A stretch of DNA of 64,000 nt from positions 112,437 through 176,436 of IMG/VR virus record IMGVR_UViG_3300031414_000001; one strand, given 5' to 3'. Position numbers and translations under genes: made by a program. This DNA is from a virus (lineage: Duplodnaviria > Heunggongvirae > Uroviricota > Caudoviricetes). The notes below the pieces were generated by a model, which was not told the DNA's origin, did no database searches, and worked only from the letters and a program-made list of their open reading frames with translations. Position 1 is the stretch's first letter. Each line of letters starts with the position of its first letter. Below, piece by piece: positions 29,289 to 39,875 of the stretch.

Positions 29289-32200
29289 ATGTATTCTATA
29301 AAAACTGATCTTGACGTATCTGGTAATCAAACGATCCAAAAAGATCTTTTGGTTAATGGTAGTGCAGTCATTACGAATGATTTGACCGTAGGTGGTACAA
29401 TCAACTTCGCTAATGCTACATTTACTCAGATTACAGTCACAGGAGCAGCGAATCTAAACAACGTAACCTCAACAGGTACAGCTACATTGAACAATGTAAA
29501 CGTTTCTGGTAATACAGCACTTGGTGATTCCGGCACTGATACTGTTACTGTAAACGGCGTTTCTACATTCAATGCTGCGATCACTGCGAAAAGCAATGTA
29601 TCTATTGAAGGTAATACAGTTGTTGGTGACGCAAGTTCCGACACTCTAACTGTTAACGCAACAAGCACATTCGTAGCACCAGCACTATTCAATGGTGATG
29701 TTACTATTGGTGATGCTCCTGCTGATGCTCTAACTGTAAATTCCACTGCGAATTTAAAAAATAACGTAACTATCGGTGAAAACGCAACTGACGTTCTAAC
29801 TGTTAATAGTACCTCTAACTTTGCTAACAATGTTACTCTTGGTTCTGATGGCACAGATACACTAACCGTGAATGCTGCTACAAACATTAAGAACAACATG
29901 ATTATCGGTGAAAATGCTACTGATACTCTAACCATTAACAGTACTACCACTATTGCTGGTCCACTAACTGCTGATGATATTAATGTCGGTGGTGACTTAA
30001 CTGTAACTGGTGCTACTACTCTAGAATCTTTAACTGTTAATGGCGTAACTAACCTAAATGATGACCTAATCATGGCATCAGGTACTAGTGCTTCCTTCCA
30101 AGATGTTACCATTAATGGTACTCTAAGCGGTGCGTTCACTATTGCTAACGGTAGTTTCAACACACTATCTGTATCTGGTTCTTCTAGTCTACACGCAACT
30201 ACTGTTGCTGGTAACTTAACTGGTACTGGATATTCTGCTACATTTAATAACTATATCGTAAACGGTGCTTCTGGTTTAATTAGTTTCAACTATAACGACC
30301 CAGCACGTCCATCTGATATTAAAACTAGTATTGAGCCATACAAAGTAAGTACTCAAGAAATTCAAGTTAACGTTGCTGACCTACAACGTGCTACCATCGG
30401 TGATGTAACATATTCCGATTATGGTCTAACCGCACTAGGTAAAGCATCAATTGACTATCTAGATATTGTTGGTAACAGCACTACTGGTGCTTCTCGCCCA
30501 CAACTAACTGTTGCTGGAAACTCAACACTAGGTGGAACAACAACGGTTAACAACCTAGCTATTACTGGTTCTATTACTGGTCTAAGCTTCTCTGATCTAA
30601 ACGTAACTGGTGATTTGACAGTTGCTGGAACTTCTGATTTTACTCAGAAAGCAACATTCGTTGATCTAGAAAGTACTGGTCAAGCAACTTTCAACGATGT
30701 TGAAATTAATGGTGATCTAACTGGTTCATTCACTATCACAAATGGTAGCTTCGGTACAATCTCTGTATCCGGTCAAAGCAACTTGAACTCTGTAGTTCTA
30801 AGTGGTAACGTAACTGGTACAGCACAAACCGCAACCTTCGGACAATATGTTGTCGCTGGTAGTACTGGTGTTATTGGATTCTCCTATAACGACCCAGCAC
30901 GTCCATCTGACATTAAATCAGCTATTGAACCTTACAAAATCAGTTCTTCTGAATTCCAAGGTCAAGACGCAGATTTCGAACATGTTGTAACTGGTGACGT
31001 GACTTACGTTGACTACGGTCTAACTGGTCAAGGTCTAAACAAACTTGATTACCTAGATATTACAGGTAACAGTACAACTGGTACTTCACGTGAGCAACTA
31101 ACCGTTGCTGGAAAATCCAAATTTGTTGGTGATGTAGAATTCCAAGGTGTTGTAACTGGTCTAACTGTTGATGTAACTGGTCAAGATATTACTCCAAACT
31201 CTGTTGTAGCTGCTGCTGGTCTAACTGGTGCTACTGTAACAAGTACTGGTGCTGCTAACCTTAACTCTGTTTCCGTAACAAATAATGCTTCTGTTTCTGG
31301 TACTACTACTCTTAACAACCTAGTTGTTACTGGTACTGTAACTGGCGTAACTGCTGAAGCTAACGTTGATGGTCTAGATATTGCTCCGAATTCTGTTGAT
31401 GTAACAACAACACTTGATGTTGCTGGTGCTACTACTCTAGCGGGTACTACTGCTTCAACACTAAACGTAACAGGTGCTACCACACTAGCTGCTACTTCTG
31501 CTACTACACTAAGTACTTCCGGTCTAGCTACTCTAAACAGTGCTACAGTAACTGGTACAAGTACATTAGGTGTTGTAAACGCGGGTGCGACAACTGCGAC
31601 AAGCATTACATCTCCATCTTATCTTGGTAATGTAACTTTCGCTGATGATGTAACAATAACTGGTACACTAACTCCAAGTGCGATTGATTTGAGTACTACT
31701 GATGTAGCTGCTAAATCTCTAACCACTGCTGAGGACGTTACTGTAGGTGGAAACCTAGCTGTAACTGGTACTATCGACCTATCCAATGCTGACGTTGGGG
31801 CGAAAACATTTGTTGCTTCTGATACTGTTAACGCAAGTACTCTACCAGTACTAGCAAGTACTACAGCTACTATCGGTACTGTAAATGCTACAACATTAAA
31901 CGCAACTGGTACTACTACTTTAGGTGTAACTAATACTGGTATTCTAACTGCTACAAGCATTGTAACTCCTTCTATCGGTAACGCAACTAACGATGTAACA
32001 GTAACTTCTGCGTTGATCGCTGCTGATGATCTAACAGTTCAAGGTAACTTAGTACTACAAGGTGGTCTAGACCTATCTGCTGTTGACATTGAAGCACAAT
32101 CAATTCACACAACTGGTAACGCAACATTTGATGGTAACGTAACTGTTGGTGGTTCTATTGACCTATCTAACGCAAACGTATCTGCTATCACCTTTACTGC

Positions 32201-34382
32201 GACAAGCTCTAGTGTTGCTAACGTACTTCCAGTACTAAGCTCAACAACTGGTACAATCGCTACATTGAATAGCACAACATCTACTTTGGGTACTTCTGGT
32301 ATTACTACCGCAAACATTACTACTGGTAACGTAGCGACCCTAAACGTATCTGGTGTTTCAACCTTCAATGGTAACATTACTTCTGCTAACGCAGCAGTAG
32401 CAATTGCTAAAGATACTACTATCACAGGTAACTTGGATATTTCCGGTACACTAACTGCTGGTACACTAGATCTTAGCACAACTGACGTAACTGTACAATC
32501 ACTAGTTTCTAGTGGCAACGCACATATCGAAGGTGATTTGGTAGTTGATGGGGCATTCGACCTATCCGCAACAAACATTAGTGCTGCTTCCCTAGCTTCT
32601 GCTAGTACTGTAACAGTAGGTACTGCTTTAGTACTAACCGCTGGTACAATTACTGGTGCTCCAGCAATCTCTGGAAACACTACTATCGGTGGAACTCTAG
32701 GTGTAACTGGTGCGACCTCACTAAGTACTCTTGGTACTTCTGGTCTAGCAACTCTAAACAGTGCTTCAGTAACTACAACTCTAGGTGTAACTGGTGCGAC
32801 TACTCTAAGTACAGTAAGTACTTCTGGTCTAGCAACTCTAAACAGTGCTTCCGTAACTGGTGCTTTAACTGTTGGTGGTACTGCTACCCTAAACGGTAAT
32901 ACCGTAATTGGTAATGCTTCATCTGATACGCTAACTGTTAACGCAGTAAGTACTTTTGCTGATGATGTAACTGTTAATGGTACATTCACCCCTGCTGGTG
33001 GTCTAGATTTAGGTTCTGCGGATCTTAACGTCGCTTCTGTAACAACAACTGGTGTTGTATCTGTTGGTACTAATGCTACAGTTGGTGGAACTCTAGGTGT
33101 AACTGGTACAAGTACACTAGGTGTATTGAACTCAGGAAACCACGGTATCACTGGTACTCTAAATGTTTCTGGTGCTTCTACCTTAGCTGCTGTATCTGCT
33201 ACAAGCATAACTGCTAGTGGTGTAATCACTGTTAACGGTACTGCGGTATCTAAGATTCAAAACCTACAAGTTGGTACTGGTACTCCAGACAACACTAAAG
33301 TACTAAACGTATTTGGTGATACCATCATTACTGGTGACTTAGATGTAACAGGCGTAATCAACGCACAAATCGACTTGACTTCTCGTGACATTGCTCCACG
33401 TAACATCACTGCTTCAGGTTCTATTTCTGCTGCGACTTCCGTAACTGTTGGAACATCCTTGACTGCGGCAACCGCAATTCTCGGTGCTCCAGGTTCAACC
33501 AATAACAACCTACAAGTTAATGGTAACGCAACTTATACTGGCAACCTAACTGTTGGTGGTGTAATCTTCGGTTCATTCGATCAGACAAACTCTGACGTAA
33601 CCATGCGTTCACTAGCTGTAACACAAGGTGCTACTATCGGTACTACTTTGGCAGTAACAGGTACAAGTACATTAGCTGCTGTTAACTCAGGAAACCATGC
33701 TATCACTGGTACTTTAAGTACTACTGGTCTAGCAACACTAGCTTCTGCTGGTATTACTGGTAACGCAACAGTTGGTGGAACTCTAGGTGTAACAGGTATT
33801 TCTACCCTTGGGGTATTGAACTCTGGAAACCATGCTATCACTGGTACTCTAAGTACTACTGGTCTAGCTACCCTAAATAGTCTAACTGTTACTGGTGCTG
33901 TAGCCCTAAATGGTAATACAGTAATCGGTGATGCTGGAACTGATACTCTAACTGTTAACGCAGCTAGTACTTTTGCTGGTAACACAACTGTTAATAACCT
34001 AACAGTTAACGGTACACTAACATATGACTTGTCTAATGTTAATACCGCATCTGTTACTACTGGTACATACTATGTTAAACAACATGCTACTGAGTCAATC
34101 ACTACCACTTGGACTCCAGATGGTACAAGTAACGTTTATAACGTAACTGCTACTGCTGATACCGTAATTCAAGGAATTACTGGTGCGACAACTAAGGGTG
34201 CTGGTTCATGGTTCATCTATGTAACTCAAGATGCTACTGGTCATAACGTAACATTTGATTCTTCAGTTTATAAAATCATTGGTGGTGCGGTAAGTACTAC
34301 TCCAAATGCGGTAAGTATTTGTCAAGTAGTATACTGCGGTATCGGTACAATTTTCGATGTGTTCATCGCACAACGTCCATAA
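29289..34382 (+). CDS. Long repetitive tail fibre/spike protein (1697 aa, T/G/V/N/S-rich beta repeats)
   Basis: Many GDxxxDTLTVN and LTVxG repeats; followed by a fibre-assembly-like gene; late promoter at 29221-29227. Confidence 0.75.
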   Translation: MYSIKTDLDVSGNQTIQKDLLVNGSAVITNDLTVGGTINFANATFTQITVTGAANLNNVTSTGTATLNNVNVSGNTALGDSGTDTVTVNGVSTFNAAITAKSNVSIEGNTVVGDASSDTLTVNATSTFVAPALFNGDVTIGDAPADALTVNSTANLKNNVTIGENATDVLTVNSTSNFANNVTLGSDGTDTLTVNAATNIKNNMIIGENATDTLTINSTTTIAGPLTADDINVGGDLTVTGATTLESLTVNGVTNLNDDLIMASGTSASFQDVTINGTLSGAFTIANGSFNTLSVSGSSSLHATTVAGNLTGTGYSATFNNYIVNGASGLISFNYNDPARPSDIKTSIEPYKVSTQEIQVNVADLQRATIGDVTYSDYGLTALGKASIDYLDIVGNSTTGASRPQLTVAGNSTLGGTTTVNNLAITGSITGLSFSDLNVTGDLTVAGTSDFTQKATFVDLESTGQATFNDVEINGDLTGSFTITNGSFGTISVSGQSNLNSVVLSGNVTGTAQTATFGQYVVAGSTGVIGFSYNDPARPSDIKSAIEPYKISSSEFQGQDADFEHVVTGDVTYVDYGLTGQGLNKLDYLDITGNSTTGTSREQLTVAGKSKFVGDVEFQGVVTGLTVDVTGQDITPNSVVAAAGLTGATVTSTGAANLNSVSVTNNASVSGTTTLNNLVVTGTVTGVTAEANVDGLDIAPNSVDVTTTLDVAGATTLAGTTASTLNVTGATTLAATSATTLSTSGLATLNSATVTGTSTLGVVNAGATTATSITSPSYLGNVTFADDVTITGTLTPSAIDLSTTDVAAKSLTTAEDVTVGGNLAVTGTIDLSNADVGAKTFVASDTVNASTLPVLASTTATIGTVNATTLNATGTTTLGVTNTGILTATSIVTPSIGNATNDVTVTSALIAADDLTVQGNLVLQGGLDLSAVDIEAQSIHTTGNATFDGNVTVGGSIDLSNANVSAITFTATSSSVANVLPVLSSTTGTIATLNSTTSTLGTSGITTANITTGNVATLNVSGVSTFNGNITSANAAVAIAKDTTITGNLDISGTLTAGTLDLSTTDVTVQSLVSSGNAHIEGDLVVDGAFDLSATNISAASLASASTVTVGTALVLTAGTITGAPAISGNTTIGGTLGVTGATSLSTLGTSGLATLNSASVTTTLGVTGATTLSTVSTSGLATLNSASVTGALTVGGTATLNGNTVIGNASSDTLTVNAVSTFADDVTVNGTFTPAGGLDLGSADLNVASVTTTGVVSVGTNATVGGTLGVTGTSTLGVLNSGNHGITGTLNVSGASTLAAVSATSITASGVITVNGTAVSKIQNLQVGTGTPDNTKVLNVFGDTIITGDLDVTGVINAQIDLTSRDIAPRNITASGSISAATSVTVGTSLTAATAILGAPGSTNNNLQVNGNATYTGNLTVGGVIFGSFDQTNSDVTMRSLAVTQGATIGTTLAVTGTSTLAAVNSGNHAITGTLSTTGLATLASAGITGNATVGGTLGVTGISTLGVLNSGNHAITGTLSTTGLATLNSLTVTGAVALNGNTVIGDAGTDTLTVNAASTFAGNTTVNNLTVNGTLTYDLSNVNTASVTTGTYYVKQHATESITTTWTPDGTSNVYNVTATADTVIQGITGATTKGAGSWFIYVTQDATGHNVTFDSSVYKIIGGAVSTTPNAVSICQVVYCGIGTIFDVFIAQRP
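32694..32860 (+). repeat. Tandem 84-bp near-identical coding repeat (2 copies)
   Basis: actctaggtgtaactggtgcgac...acttctggtctagcaactctaaacagtgcttc starts at 32694 and at 32778. Confidence 0.85.
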
Positions 34383-34396
34383 TAAGGAGATAATAG

Positions 34397-35035
34397 ATGA
34401 TTTACGTATCAGTAATTAAAGACGAAAACGACAATTGGAAAATTGTTAAAATATTACCTTCACCGCTTAATGCGGTGGGTAATAAAAGTGGAAATATCTA
34501 CCCTGATATTTCCAAGTTGAGCCTAGCAAGTCGTTTAGTTGAAGGTTTTTGGACACAAAATGATGTGTATGAAAACACTGGCGAATTTATGCAATTCAAA
34601 GAAAAGACAGTAGACTTTGATGAAGTAAATGGTGTTGTTACCAACACCTACATTTATGAATTAATGGATTTAGACGTAATCAAAAGCGACCTCAAAGGTC
34701 GCGTTGATTCTAAACGTGATACCGTATACTACGGTGGATTTGAATTCAATTCTAAAATGTACTTCTCTGGCCTAGCTAATCGTAGTAATATTCAACTTAT
34801 GCTACTATCATCTATCGTAGATGAAGCAAATTTCCCAACTGACCTAATTTGGGATACAGTTGAGGGTGAAAGAATCCCAATGGATTTGGCAACCTTTAGA
34901 CTATTTGCTGAAGCACTAATGACATTTACTCGTTCTTTGTTCATTAAAGCTCGTGCTATCAAGGATGCTATTGATGCTGCTACAGATTACGATTCAATTC
35001 GTGCTGCGGCTGCTTGGGATAGTGAACCACTATAA
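34397..35035 (+). CDS. Tail fibre assembly-like protein (DUF4376-like)
   Basis: 'RDTVYYGGFEF...W.T....IPMD...KARAIKDAIDAATD...W' pattern; follows fibre gene. Confidence 0.65.
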   Translation: MIYVSVIKDENDNWKIVKILPSPLNAVGNKSGNIYPDISKLSLASRLVEGFWTQNDVYENTGEFMQFKEKTVDFDEVNGVVTNTYIYELMDLDVIKSDLKGRVDSKRDTVYYGGFEFNSKMYFSGLANRSNIQLMLLSSIVDEANFPTDLIWDTVEGERIPMDLATFRLFAEALMTFTRSLFIKARAIKDAIDAATDYDSIRAAAAWDSEPL

Positions 35036-35047
35036 TTGATTAAATAT

Positions 35048-35082
35048 AAAAAAGGCCAACTTATGTTGGCCTTTTGTTTTTT
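35048..35082 (+). terminator. Intrinsic terminator
   Basis: aaaaggccaac-ttat-gttggcctttt. Confidence 0.85.
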
Positions 35083-35131
35083 GTACCCTTGCATAAATAC
35101 AGGATACAACCATTTTCTGAGGAATTTTTTA

Positions 35132-37036
35132 ATGAGTGCATATACTATAAAAGGTGCTGAAGGTGTTGTTATAAACAGTACTTACTTTTTAGAACTACCT
35201 AAAGCTCCAACAAAACAAACAATATACGCTGAACGTGCTGGTATGATTCGTTATAACTCAGAATGGAAAGCATTTGAAGGTGTAATTGAATTCACAGACG
35301 GTTCATTAAGCTATCGTCGTTTCGCACAACTTGACGCGAATGGACAACTACAAACTTCACAATTACCAGATTCTATAACTAGCGGTATGCAATGGATCGG
35401 TACTTATGCTCCTATTTCTGATGACATTGATCCACCTGTTGATTCTGCGTATACAAAACTTCCTGCCCCAATAGCTGCTAACTCCGGTCAGTACTATATT
35501 ATTCGCGGGATTTATGATGCTGCTGTAACACACTTTAGAGCAAATAACCCAACTACAGCTACAGTAACCTTTACTCCAACAAACCCAAGTTCAGCGGGTA
35601 ACTGGATTCAAATCAAATATTATATTGATACTGATCCAACCAATACTGCGAATAAGATTGTTGTTGCTGCGTTTGCTCGCATCGTAACAGCAAGCATTCC
35701 AGGCACTGGTCATGAAGGACTTGTATCTTTAGCAAGTAATGATTCAAACCTTACTGCTGCTTTTACTTCAGTCGTTGATAAAACTACTGAATTAGGTTTA
35801 ACTGATGGTGATTGGATTATCAGTACTGGAACCACAAATGTACGCTTACGTCAAAGTCGTGTTAGTGTAAGTGCTGGGGCTGTATCATTCGATAGAACCT
35901 TTTTAACTTCTTCTAACCGTACTATGACTAATAGTTCAGGTACAGTGCAAACCATTATAGACAGCCTCCTACTTAACGGTTTACGCCGCACAGGAGACTC
36001 TATGGTGAACGATGGAAGTACTGGTGCTGGTAGGTTAGGCGTTGTGTATGGTACTGCTGCTGCCCCTGCTATTGCGTTTAATAGCAACGCATTCGACCCT
36101 ACTACGAACCCAGGAACTAATCCTGCGTTATGGTCTGATACAAATACTGGTATTTTCCATCCTGCTACTGGTAGTATCGGTTTCACCGCAAGTGGAACTG
36201 AACGTTTACGTGTTACTCCAACTCAACTTATTTTGTATCCAGTAACATCAAGTACTGCTGCTGTTCCAAACATTCTGTTCTCAGCAACGGGAAACACAAA
36301 CTTGGGTATGAATATCAAGTCAAATACAATTGATTTTGTCAGTAATGGTGCTGTAAACGTAAGTTTAGCACAAGGCATCAGTACTTTCAATGGAAATGTT
36401 ACAGTTACTGGAAACACTATTTTAGGTGATGCTGGTACTGATACATTAACAGTCAATGCTGCTAGTACTTTTGTTGGTACAACACTATTCAATAACGCAT
36501 CTAACCGCTTTGCTGTAGGTGCTGTATTCAGTTCTGGTGCTACATTGTCATTTGAAGGTACTAATACCGCAACTATTACAAAAACTGCGTCCGAATTACG
36601 CTTCAATATGTTGAACTTCAATGATGTTTCAGTGTATGATGGTAGTACATTGCGTACTAAGATTAATAGATATGGTATTCAACTACCAGTACTAGTTACC
36701 ATTGATAACGCAGTTGGTGTTGATGGGATGATTGCTTACAGTACTGAACGCAGTACCGTTGTTCAAAAGACAAACGGGGCGTGGACTACTGTAGGTTCTG
36801 GTGGTGGGGTAGCTACTACTTTCACTACATCAAGTTGGGTATTGAGTGGTTCTTACTATACTTACACAATTTCTAATCCAAATATTCAAACTATCGTAGT
36901 TCAAGAACTTACTGGTTCAAACTATAGTCCAGTTGAAGTTGATTCTATCGTAATATCTCCAACGAACGCAGTACTTTCAGTACCTGCTTCTCCAGATTTA
37001 CGTTTCAACGGTCGTGTTATCGTACAATATCAATAA
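35132..37036 (+). CDS. Tail fibre-like structural protein
   Basis: 'GMIRYNSEWKAFEG', 'DTNTGIFHPATGSIGFTASGTERLRV' and GDAGTDTLTVN fibre motifs; start moved to ATG 35132 after late promoter (35093) and GAGG SD. Confidence 0.7.
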   Translation: MSAYTIKGAEGVVINSTYFLELPKAPTKQTIYAERAGMIRYNSEWKAFEGVIEFTDGSLSYRRFAQLDANGQLQTSQLPDSITSGMQWIGTYAPISDDIDPPVDSAYTKLPAPIAANSGQYYIIRGIYDAAVTHFRANNPTTATVTFTPTNPSSAGNWIQIKYYIDTDPTNTANKIVVAAFARIVTASIPGTGHEGLVSLASNDSNLTAAFTSVVDKTTELGLTDGDWIISTGTTNVRLRQSRVSVSAGAVSFDRTFLTSSNRTMTNSSGTVQTIIDSLLLNGLRRTGDSMVNDGSTGAGRLGVVYGTAAAPAIAFNSNAFDPTTNPGTNPALWSDTNTGIFHPATGSIGFTASGTERLRVTPTQLILYPVTSSTAAVPNILFSATGNTNLGMNIKSNTIDFVSNGAVNVSLAQGISTFNGNVTVTGNTILGDAGTDTLTVNAASTFVGTTLFNNASNRFAVGAVFSSGATLSFEGTNTATITKTASELRFNMLNFNDVSVYDGSTLRTKINRYGIQLPVLVTIDNAVGVDGMIAYSTERSTVVQKTNGAWTTVGSGGGVATTFTTSSWVLSGSYYTYTISNPNIQTIVVQELTGSNYSPVEVDSIVISPTNAVLSVPASPDLRFNGRVIVQYQ

Positions 37037-37037
37037 T

Positions 37038-37066
37038 AAAAAAAGGGAGCCAATGGCTCCCTTAAT
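37038..37066. terminator. Bidirectional terminator
   Basis: aagggagcca-a-tggctccctt between convergent genes. Confidence 0.8.
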
Positions 37067-37069
37067 TGT

Positions 37070-37999
37070 TTATACAGCCATTGGTGCTTTAATGGTTGCG
37101 TCTGGATTGTAATTTTCCAATCTGAATGATTCCATAGTGAAATCTTCAATTTTAGTAATACTTTTGTCAATCCATAATGTAGGCATTTCACGTGGTTCAC
37201 GAGAAAGTTGCTCATGTACAGCATCAACATGGTTTTGATAGATATGAACATCACCACCCATCCATACAAATTCACCTACTTCTAATCCACATACTTGTGC
37301 TAACATATGAGTCAATAGAGAATATGATGCGATATTGAATGGTACACCCAAGAATAGGTCACAACTACGTTGATATAGAATGCAAGATAGTTTACCATCA
37401 TTCACAAAGAATTGACTGAAACAGTGACATGGCGGTAGTGCCATTTGATCTAGTTCACCAACATTCCAAGCAGTCAAAATATGACGACGAGAATCAGGAT
37501 TATGTTTTAGACCATCAATTAGTACTTGAAGTTGGTCAGTACTGCGACGCATAATTACACCGCTGAATTGAGTAGCTTCTAGTACTTCATATCCACGTGC
37601 TTTCAAAGCATTGATTTCATCAATATTTTGTGCGAATTGATAATCAACCCAATTACGCCATTGTTTACCATATACTGGACCAAGATTACCATCTGTATAT
37701 CCTAGAGAAATACCTTGATTTAGGTAGTTATCAGTCCAGATAGTTTTCTTAGATTCATCACGTGTTCCGTATAGGATTTCAGCCAGGCGACGTTCATCAT
37801 GTGAACCTTCTACGAACCAAATAAGTTCAGAAGACATTGCTTTCCATGCTAAACGTTTAGTTGTTGGAGCAGGAAAATACTCAGAAAGGTCAAAACGCAT
37901 CGTTTCACCCATGAGTTTAATAGTGCCTACTCCAGTACGATCAGTACTCGGTGTTCCGAACTGTAGTACTTTGGTGTATAGATCGTGTAATTGTTGCAT
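37070..37999 (-). CDS. thyA: Thymidylate synthase
   Basis: DRTGVGT, LGPVYGKQWR, MALPPCH, YQRSCDLFLGVPFN, GDVHIYQNH. Confidence 0.97.
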   Translation of the reverse strand: MQQLHDLYTKVLQFGTPSTDRTGVGTIKLMGETMRFDLSEYFPAPTTKRLAWKAMSSELIWFVEGSHDERRLAEILYGTRDESKKTIWTDNYLNQGISLGYTDGNLGPVYGKQWRNWVDYQFAQNIDEINALKARGYEVLEATQFSGVIMRRSTDQLQVLIDGLKHNPDSRRHILTAWNVGELDQMALPPCHCFSQFFVNDGKLSCILYQRSCDLFLGVPFNIASYSLLTHMLAQVCGLEVGEFVWMGGDVHIYQNHVDAVHEQLSREPREMPTLWIDKSITKIEDFTMESFRLENYNPDATIKAPMAV

Positions 38000-38318
38000 T
38001 CTCTTTCCTTAGATTATAATTTTCTTCCATCAATCTACGAATAGTTTGTTGATAGTCGTTAATCATAGTTTCCATGTTATATTGAAATTCACGTATTTGA
38101 TTATCGAACTTATCTTGTTCATCTGAAACAGCAGATTTCACTTCCCTTATGACTTCAAGTTCATGCTCGGCTTGTAATTCTTCTATTCCATCAGCATGAT
38201 CTTTTTCCATCTGTTCGATAATCTTATCATACATTTCCGTAGTACTTTCAGTACCAGCTTCAACGCCGTCTTCATATCCAACATCATATTGATCAGGAAT
38301 TTCTACTATATCAGTCAT
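37941..38318 (-). CDS. Hypothetical acidic coiled-coil protein
   Basis: ORF coupled to both neighbours. Confidence 0.55.
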   Translation of the reverse strand: MTDIVEIPDQYDVGYEDGVEAGTESTTEMYDKIIEQMEKDHADGIEELQAEHELEVIREVKSAVSDEQDKFDNQIREFQYNMETMINDYQQTIRRLMEENYNLRKENATITRSIHQSTTVRNTEY

Positions 38319-38905
38319 TAGATAAACTTCGCTTCAAATGCTCGTAAGTCTTCTTCTGTAGCACGACGAGTGCCAATACCTGTCCAACGACCATGTGGGG
38401 CAGGAACAGAATCAACTTGAATGAATTCTTTTGTTTCGTTACAGTACTGATATACTTGTTTATCCATAATATCGAAATGATATATTTCTTTATCGGATTC
38501 ATCCAAGTCTAAGTACATTTGTACAGCCCATGCAGTTCCACCGTCTAATTGAGTAGGTGATACTAATTGACCAATGGTATAAACACGTTCAGTACAGTAA
38601 ATTTGATAGCTATTACGAGCTAATAGATTGTATACGTATCCCCAACGAGGAACACTACGACCTAAAGCTTTGTTTGCTAGTTTGAGTTGAGCACCTACTT
38701 CATTAGAAGTAAGCATTTCAAATGGGAGTTCTAGTACTGTTTCAGGTTTGACATGTGCTTTATGACCTTTAAATGAAAAATGGACTTCATCATGTCCATT
38801 TTCCTCAGCCCACAAACCAAAAAGGCGGTCAGCTCCCGCCGCACCGCCACTAAAACATACGTTTTCGAACTCTAACAACATCTCTTGGAGATCATTGCGA
38901 GTCAT
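38318..38905 (-). CDS. SLOG-superfamily (YpsA/DprA-like Rossmannoid) protein
   Basis: SGGAAGAD, LLARN, GGTAWAV and WTGIGTR motifs. Confidence 0.6.
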   Translation of the reverse strand: MTRNDLQEMLLEFENVCFSGGAAGADRLFGLWAEENGHDEVHFSFKGHKAHVKPETVLELPFEMLTSNEVGAQLKLANKALGRSVPRWGYVYNLLARNSYQIYCTERVYTIGQLVSPTQLDGGTAWAVQMYLDLDESDKEIYHFDIMDKQVYQYCNETKEFIQVDSVPAPHGRWTGIGTRRATEEDLRAFEAKFI

Positions 38906-39200
38906 CTTCTTTATCTTCCAGTTTAGATAATAATTCTTTAATACTATCATCTTCTAAAGAGAAACTTGTTTCAAGAGCCGCTAGAATAACGGCTGCTGAT
39001 TTAATCAGAGATTGACGGAATTCGTCAAACGAAACATGTTTGTCAGGTCTAGAAGCACTTTCAAATAAGTAGTACCCAGCTAACCCTGTCCAATCATTCT
39101 TCGTTTTAAGATGATCTGCTAAAGTATTTGGGTTGCTCATTTGTTTCAAGCGTTCTTCGATAATCAACTGGATTATCTGTTCCCTACTAACTTTTGACAT
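38892..39200 (-). CDS. Hypothetical protein, possibly degenerate MazG-like all-alpha fold
   Basis: 'EERLKQ...NDW...LIKSAAVILAALE' pattern. Confidence 0.4.
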   Translation of the reverse strand: MSKVSREQIIQLIIEERLKQMSNPNTLADHLKTKNDWTGLAGYYLFESASRPDKHVSFDEFRQSLIKSAAVILAALETSFSLEDDSIKELLSKLEDKEDDSQ

Positions 39201-39874
39201 TATTCACCTTTACGTTCTTTCAATGCTTTTTTGACAAGTTCTACTGCTTTAGCTTGTGAGATACCTTCTGGTAATTCAACAAATAGTGAATCACTTGTTT
39301 GTTCATCAGTCTGAACATCAGATGGTAGTACTAGTACTTGTGCTTGAGGACGAAGACTTGGGTCTAGGTTATAAGCACGTTCGCGGTTTTCACGAGCTAG
39401 GGTTTCATACTTAGCAGCTTCTTCTAATAGACGAGATACGATAGTACCTTGTTCTGGATATTGAACAGTTGCTTCTTGTTGATCGTAAGGATTGAATGCC
39501 TTAACAGTACCGTCTTGTACAACAGCACTTTGGTTAATTTCTTCATTCAGTACGTTTAGAGGAATCTTATTGGTTCCACCAACATGCATGTCAATATCTA
39601 GGGTATTTTGTTTACGGATATAGCCCATACGGTGAAGTACGGAAAGCATGTTTCCACCTTCTAGGGTTCCGATTTTATCCATTACATCCCATAGTTCAAT
39701 TGAACTCTGACCACGACCGAGAACTAGCTCAGCAACACGGTTAGAATAAACTTCAGGGAGAGAGTCACGATAGACTACTAGGCAATGGTGTGGATCATTT
39801 TCCAGTTGACGCCATACGACGAAAACACGAGAACCAGTACTACGGACAACACCACAATGACGTACAATACTCAT
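39200..39874 (-). CDS. Hypothetical protein
   Basis: ATG at 39874 with AAGGAG SD. Confidence 0.6.
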   Translation of the reverse strand: MSIVRHCGVVRSTGSRVFVVWRQLENDPHHCLVVYRDSLPEVYSNRVAELVLGRGQSSIELWDVMDKIGTLEGGNMLSVLHRMGYIRKQNTLDIDMHVGGTNKIPLNVLNEEINQSAVVQDGTVKAFNPYDQQEATVQYPEQGTIVSRLLEEAAKYETLARENRERAYNLDPSLRPQAQVLVLPSDVQTDEQTSDSLFVELPEGISQAKAVELVKKALKERKGE

Positions 39875-39875
39875 A

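Noticed and set aside
32694-33860. Repeats as a CRISPR array or DGR template/variable pair
   Set aside because: In-frame coding repeats without unique spacers; differences are not adenine-specific and no reverse transcriptase is present in the window.
29426-33985. Long antisense ORFs (up to 374 aa) opposite the tail fibre gene
   Set aside because: Shadow frames of a repetitive Thr/Gly/Val-rich gene; no SD or promoter, and the translations mirror the sense-strand repeats.
35036-35131. N-terminal extension of the 35036..37036 ORF
   Set aside because: The extension spans a terminator and a late promoter; the ATG at 35132 has a proper SD.
37070-37999. Possible dCMP/dUMP hydroxymethylase indicating modified DNA
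   Set aside because: Retains canonical ThyA motifs, including the dUMP-specifying Asn in GVPFN; no base-modification genes are adjacent.
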